From assembly GCA_964458985.1 (NCBI GenBank), contig CAYWKT010000002.1, forward strand, positions 1 to 39,201: DNA of 39,201 nt. The letters run 5' to 3'. Source of the stretch: an uncultured Erysipelothrix sp. GTDB lineage: Bacteria > Bacillota_I > Bacilli_A > Erysipelotrichales > Erysipelotrichaceae. Below, one piece after another: positions 36,256 to 39,201 of the stretch. How positions within the stretch are numbered: the stretch's first letter is position 1; each line of letters opens with the position of its first letter. Position numbers and translations under genes: made by a program. Below the pieces are notes generated by a model. That model had not been told where the DNA came from. It saw nothing but the letters and a program-made list of their open reading frames with translations, and made no database searches.

Positions 36256-36284
36256 ATAATACCATAGTCAATGAGTGCTGTCAA
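36256..36284 (-). promoter_or_regulatory. Sigma-A-type promoter of the infC-rpmI-rplT operon
   Basis: On the minus strand, TTGACA (36279-36284), an exact 17-nt spacer, then TATTAT (36256-36261). Confidence 0.65.
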
Positions 36285-36304
36285 ATGATTATGGACTTAT
36301 TATC

Positions 36305-36628
36305 TCATTTATTTAATTTACGTTTTAAATCGCCAATCTCTTGTGATACTTTTGAAATTTGATTATTAATATCTTTCATCTTATCACTTTTTTCTTTACC
36401 GACTAAAGTTTTGGCAGCTTCTTTCTTTTCTTCAATTAAAGCATTTTTCTTTTCAATTAAAATTTGAATCTCTTCTTCAATAGTCAAATTTACTACTTCT
36501 TCACTTAAATCTTTATCTACTACTTGTTCATTGTTAAGTGAATTAGAATCTAATTTAGGCTCTTGTTTATTATTTTCACTACATCCAATCAGTACGATAA
36601 GTATTATAACTAAAATAAAATTCTTCAT
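36305..36628 (-). CDS. Small lipoprotein with a coiled-coil-like, Lys/Glu-rich body
   Basis: 107 aa. The signal peptide has the lipobox MKNFILVIILIVLIGC. The mature part is charged and has heptad-like repeats. Confidence 0.65.
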   Translation of the reverse strand: MKNFILVIILIVLIGCSENNKQEPKLDSNSLNNEQVVDKDLSEEVVNLTIEEEIQILIEKKNALIEEKKEAAKTLVGKEKSDKMKDINNQISKVSQEIGDLKRKLNK

Positions 36629-36640
36629 TTATACACTTTC

Positions 36641-36883
36641 TTACGCTGTATGTGCCGTAATAATAGTATAACTACTACGATTAACCGTAAATATTTCATC
36701 ATCTAAGGTTATGTAGTAATTTTTTCCTTGACTAATTATTAAGGCTTTATCGTGCATAATTCTTTCTTTACAGTATAAAACTACATCTTCATTACTTAAA
36801 TTTAGATTACGCTTAATTCTAACTTTGCCTAATTCTGTTGTTTTTAGTTTATCAATATTACTAATTAAAATGTTCGCTGACAA
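36641..36883 (-). CDS. DUF3781-like small protein
   Basis: 80 aa. It matches the pattern I recall for DUF3781 (LKTTELGKVRIKRNLNL, DVVLYCKERI, FTVNRSSYTIITAH). TTG start after AGGTGG. Confidence 0.65.
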   Translation of the reverse strand: MSANILISNIDKLKTTELGKVRIKRNLNLSNEDVVLYCKERIMHDKALIISQGKNYYITLDDEIFTVNRSSYTIITAHTA

Positions 36884-36909
36884 AATACCACCTATTTCCT
36901 TGGACGATT

Positions 36910-36918
36910 ATTATATCA
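36910..36918 (-). promoter_or_regulatory. Extended -10 promoter element (TGATATAAT) for the DUF3781/lipoprotein genes
   Basis: The minus strand reads aaataTGaTATAATaatcg, about 27 nt upstream of the TTG start. Confidence 0.45.
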
Positions 36919-36946
36919 TATTTTTAAGTTAAAATTTATTTTTATT

Positions 36947-36973
36947 AAAACTTGACTTACATCAAGTTTTTTT
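36947..36973. promoter_or_regulatory. Perfect 9-bp palindrome containing a Crp/Fnr-type box, in a divergent intergenic region
   Basis: The sequence is AAAACTTGA-CTTACA-TCAAGTTTT followed by TTT. The inner 14 nt, TTGAC-TTAC-ATCAA, match TTGAT-N4-ATCAA at 9 of 10 positions. Confidence 0.4.
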
Positions 36974-37045
36974 AAGTGAGTTAAGGTTAAACTAAATAGT
37001 GTTTATATCAATTAATACTTTGATATGTAAATAAAGGAGAACTTA

Positions 37046-37279
37046 ATGAAAAACTTTAGTTTAGATGACTCTATATATGATGTAGTAAGTAAATATCCAG
37101 AGAGTAAGGATATTTTAATAAGTTTAGGTTTTTCGCATTTAGCGGATCCTAAAATGTTTAACACGATTGCCCGTGTAATTACTTTACGAAAAGCGAGCAA
37201 AAATCATAACCTAACATATGAATTAGTTAATCAGACTTTTTTAGATGCAGGATTTGAAATAATTGAGGAGGAATTATAA
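37046..37279 (+). CDS. DUF1858 domain protein
   Basis: 77 aa with a DUF1858-like pattern (IYDVVSKYPESKDILISLGF ... ITLRKASKNHNL). RBS is AAAGGAGAA. Its stop overlaps the next start (TAATG). Confidence 0.78.
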   Translation: MKNFSLDDSIYDVVSKYPESKDILISLGFSHLADPKMFNTIARVITLRKASKNHNLTYELVNQTFLDAGFEIIEEEL

Positions 37280-38538
37280 TGAGTGAATTAATTAGTAATA
37301 AAATGAAAGTTGATGAAAACTTTTTAAAAAGACAAGAACTTTTAAAAGAGTTAATTTTAAAATTACATGATGGAGAGTCTGAAGAAGACGTCCATGCCCT
37401 ATTTAAAGAAAACTTCAGTGGCGTATCTTCATATGAAATTACCCAGATGGAACAATCTTTAATGCAAGATGAAGGACTAGAAGTTGATCAAATTCAAAAG
37501 TTATGTTCAATTCATGCGAACATATTTAAAGGTTCAATTGATGAAGTTCATACAGTACATAAAGAAGAAGAAAACATTGGCCATCCAGTCCGCGTCTTAC
37601 GTGAAGAAAACTATGCTGTAAAAAACTTACTTGATGAAATGGAAATTAAATTAAATGACTTACTTAATAGTAAAGATGAGACGACTCGTTTTAATTTAAT
37701 TGCTGATCTTGCCCTATTATGGGATATCGACAAACATTATACGCGTAAAGAAAATACGATATTTCCATTAATGGAAAAACACGGTATTATGGCTCCACCT
37801 AAAGTAATGTGGGCTGTCGATGATGATATTCGTAAAATGATTAAAGACTTTAGACTATTAGTTGAAAATAAGGAATATGAAAAACTTCAAGCGGCATATG
37901 TTGAAATGGCAAATGAAATTAAAGAAATGATCTTTAAAGAAGAAGATATTTTAATTCCAATGGTCCTTGAAATATTTACTGAAGATGAGTGGCTTCAAAT
38001 TGCTGAAGATAGTATTGAAATTGGCTACTGTATCGTTGCCCCAGATTCGAAGTGGTATCCAACACGTAAAGACTTTGTTGAGCAATTTAGATCAGATGAA
38101 GCGATTAGAAAAAAAGCGGCGGCAGTTGATAAAGAAAACATTCACTTTGACATCGGCTTTCTAAATAAGATAGAATTAGAGAGTATACTAAACAAAATAC
38201 CAATTGATATCACATTTATAGATGCTGATGATACAGTTAAGTATTTTAATCAAGCAGAGGAGCGTTTCTTCGCACGAGTTAAATCAGTAATTGGCCGTAC
38301 AGTTCAAAACTGTCATCCACCTCACTCAGTTAATACTGTCGAAAGTATTTTAAATGACTTTAAGTCAGGTGCTAAAGATACTGAAAGTTTCTGGATCGAT
38401 ACACGTGGTGCATTCTTACACATTTCATACTATGCTATCCGAGATGAAAACAATAAATACTTAGGAACTTTAGAAGTAACGCAAAACATTAAATCCTTAC
38501 GTGAACTTGAAGGAGAAAAGCGTCTTTTAGAGGACTAG
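37279..38538 (+). CDS. DUF438 / hemerythrin-like (HHE) / PAS-domain protein
   Basis: 419 aa. The N-terminal DUF438-like region includes LHDGESEEDV..EITQMEQSLM. The central hemerythrin-like helices include GHPVRVLREEN and HYTRKENTIFPLMEKHG. The C-terminal PAS-like module includes ITFIDADDTVKYFNQ, IGRTVQNCHPPHS and LEVTQNI. Confidence 0.85.
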   Translation: MSELISNKMKVDENFLKRQELLKELILKLHDGESEEDVHALFKENFSGVSSYEITQMEQSLMQDEGLEVDQIQKLCSIHANIFKGSIDEVHTVHKEEENIGHPVRVLREENYAVKNLLDEMEIKLNDLLNSKDETTRFNLIADLALLWDIDKHYTRKENTIFPLMEKHGIMAPPKVMWAVDDDIRKMIKDFRLLVENKEYEKLQAAYVEMANEIKEMIFKEEDILIPMVLEIFTEDEWLQIAEDSIEIGYCIVAPDSKWYPTRKDFVEQFRSDEAIRKKAAAVDKENIHFDIGFLNKIELESILNKIPIDITFIDADDTVKYFNQAEERFFARVKSVIGRTVQNCHPPHSVNTVESILNDFKSGAKDTESFWIDTRGAFLHISYYAIRDENNKYLGTLEVTQNIKSLRELEGEKRLLED

Positions 38539-38550
38539 AAGTAGGTAAAA

Positions 38551-39135
38551 ATGAAAAACGAAAATTCAAAATATAAATTAGCCTTTGGTGTAATCTTAAC
38601 ACTCATCAATCCGCAATCATTATTTATGTACGTATTTCCAATCTTTGGACTATATTATATATATACTTATGTAAATCAGTTAGAAGAGCGAAACTTATTC
38701 GTAAGTAAAATTTATATTATTTGGATTTCAATTTTCATTACAATCTTTCTAAATAGTTTTACTAATGAGCTAATGTTACTATTTGCCACTATTACGGTAA
38801 TACTTGTAATGATTAGTACGACATACAACTTAATTAAACTATTAAATGTCTATTTATCACTTTTTTTAAATAATAATTTAGAAAATGAAAAAACATTAAG
38901 TAAGTTAAATAAGAATTTACTAGTTATTACACTTATTAATTACTTGTTTGTAATATTGAAAATTATACCGGTACTAGCCTTAGTCAGTACTAATATTAAC
39001 TTAATAAATATCGTCGAACTCATACTTTCAAGAGAGTTTCAAAGTATAAGTACAATCATCCATATAATATTACTTTGGATATTTATTCGACCATACCAAA
39101 ACATCTACAACAAGTTACATGATGAAATAGTTTAA
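38551..39135 (+). CDS. Hypothetical polytopic membrane protein
   Basis: 194 aa with about 5-6 hydrophobic segments. It begins 12 nt after the DUF438 gene, preceded by GAAGTAGG. I recognise no family. Confidence 0.55.
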   Translation: MKNENSKYKLAFGVILTLINPQSLFMYVFPIFGLYYIYTYVNQLEERNLFVSKIYIIWISIFITIFLNSFTNELMLLFATITVILVMISTTYNLIKLLNVYLSLFLNNNLENEKTLSKLNKNLLVITLINYLFVILKIIPVLALVSTNINLINIVELILSREFQSISTIIHIILLWIFIRPYQNIYNKLHDEIV

Positions 39136-39160
39136 CCTTACGCAAGTAAGGTTTTCTTTT
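39134..39160 (+). terminator. Rho-independent terminator
   Basis: AACCTTAC-GCAA-GTAAGGTT (8 bp) is followed by TTCTTTT. It overlaps the stop codon of the membrane protein gene. Confidence 0.75.
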
Positions 39161-39162
39161 AG

Positions 39163-39191
39163 TTGAGAAATCTATTTAAAAAAGGTATAAT
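39163..39191 (+). promoter_or_regulatory. Sigma-A-type promoter for a gene beyond the right window edge
   Basis: TTGAGA (39163-39168), a 17-nt spacer, then TATAAT (39186-39191), followed by aaaaagga at the window end. Confidence 0.55.
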
Positions 39192-39201
39192 CTAAAAAGG
39201 A

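Noticed and set aside
36947-36973. Interpreting the AAAACTTGA/TCAAGTTTT hairpin simply as a rho-independent terminator.
   Set aside because: This is not accepted as the sole explanation. Both flanking genes diverge from it, so no annotated transcript needs terminating there. It is kept as a finding, with the terminator reading as the alternative hypothesis.
37012-37200. A 62-aa minus-strand ORF antisense to the DUF1858 gene.
   Set aside because: It is embedded antisense in a recognisable DUF1858 ORF that has a good RBS. It has no support of its own.
1418-38164. Many 60-150-aa ORFs in the supplied track lie opposite to, or out of frame within, the confident genes. They are 1418-1861, 2259-2492, 3435-3644, 9227-9427, 10187-10465, 11266-11520, 11679-11936, 13863-14045, 17397-17606, 17708-17980, 18170-18481, 18519-18719, 18858-19229, 23958-24215, 25555-25752, 26725-26913, 27947-28183, 31950-32210, 32893-33138, 35070-35348 and 37967-38164.
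   Set aside because: Each is fully embedded in a longer ORF that has clear family motifs. Their translations are low-complexity (rich in S, I, L, F, K) with no recognisable motifs, and I saw no RBS. In AT-rich DNA such shadow ORFs are expected by chance.
1-39201. A search for CRISPR arrays, tRNA or rRNA genes, IS elements, integrases, prophage genes or toxin-antitoxin and defence cassettes.
   Set aside because: No regularly spaced direct repeats were found. No intergenic gap is long enough or structured like a tRNA or rRNA; the gaps are at most about 200 bp and are explained by promoters, leaders and terminators. No transposase, integrase or recombinase-like ORF is present.

Overview
This is a visibly AT-rich (about 30% G+C by eye) Bacillota-type chromosomal segment. 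It uses the standard genetic code: TGA terminates dnaE, and Trp is encoded by TGG. Most of the window is tightly packed housekeeping DNA whose gene order resembles the Bacillus subtilis yt/yp/yq regions. Positions 74-26398 are read entirely from the minus strand. In map order from high to low coordinate they encode a class B PBP, rpmG, an MBL hydrolase, a complete comGA-GG pseudopilus operon, an Xaa-Pro peptidase, efp, an acidic tail-anchored protein, cmk, der, gpsA, hup, smc, ftsY, ylxM, ackA, nrnA, dnaE, a two-component system, a split chromate-transporter pair and a PPase-kinase fusion. The right part holds ispG, nfo, a DEAD-box helicase and ispH. It continues with a YtrA-like GntR/ABC module that has two paralogous membrane proteins, then an APH-fold kinase. 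Next come the infC-rpmI-rplT operon with a promoter and leader/attenuator, a DUF3781 protein, a lipoprotein, a DUF1858/DUF438 (hemerythrin-PAS) pair and a polytopic membrane protein. I found no rRNA, tRNA, CRISPR array, transposase, integrase or obvious defence island. I see no clear-cut new multi-gene system, so the findings are unusual variants of core components. (1) Ribosomal protein L20 carries a ~110-aa in-frame C-terminal extension that ends in a winged-helix-like module. It begins at an A9 tract where a slip in either direction gives a normal-length L20. (2) EF-P lacks the canonical PGKG loop and has Arg at tip position 32. (3) A short pyrophosphatase-like domain is fused to an APH-fold kinase. 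(4) A Crp/Fnr-type palindrome sits between divergent promoters upstream of the hemerythrin/PAS operon. Two small genes absent from the ORF track were found by hand translation: rpmG and a comGE-like prepilin. All calls rest on motif recognition by eye, with no database search.
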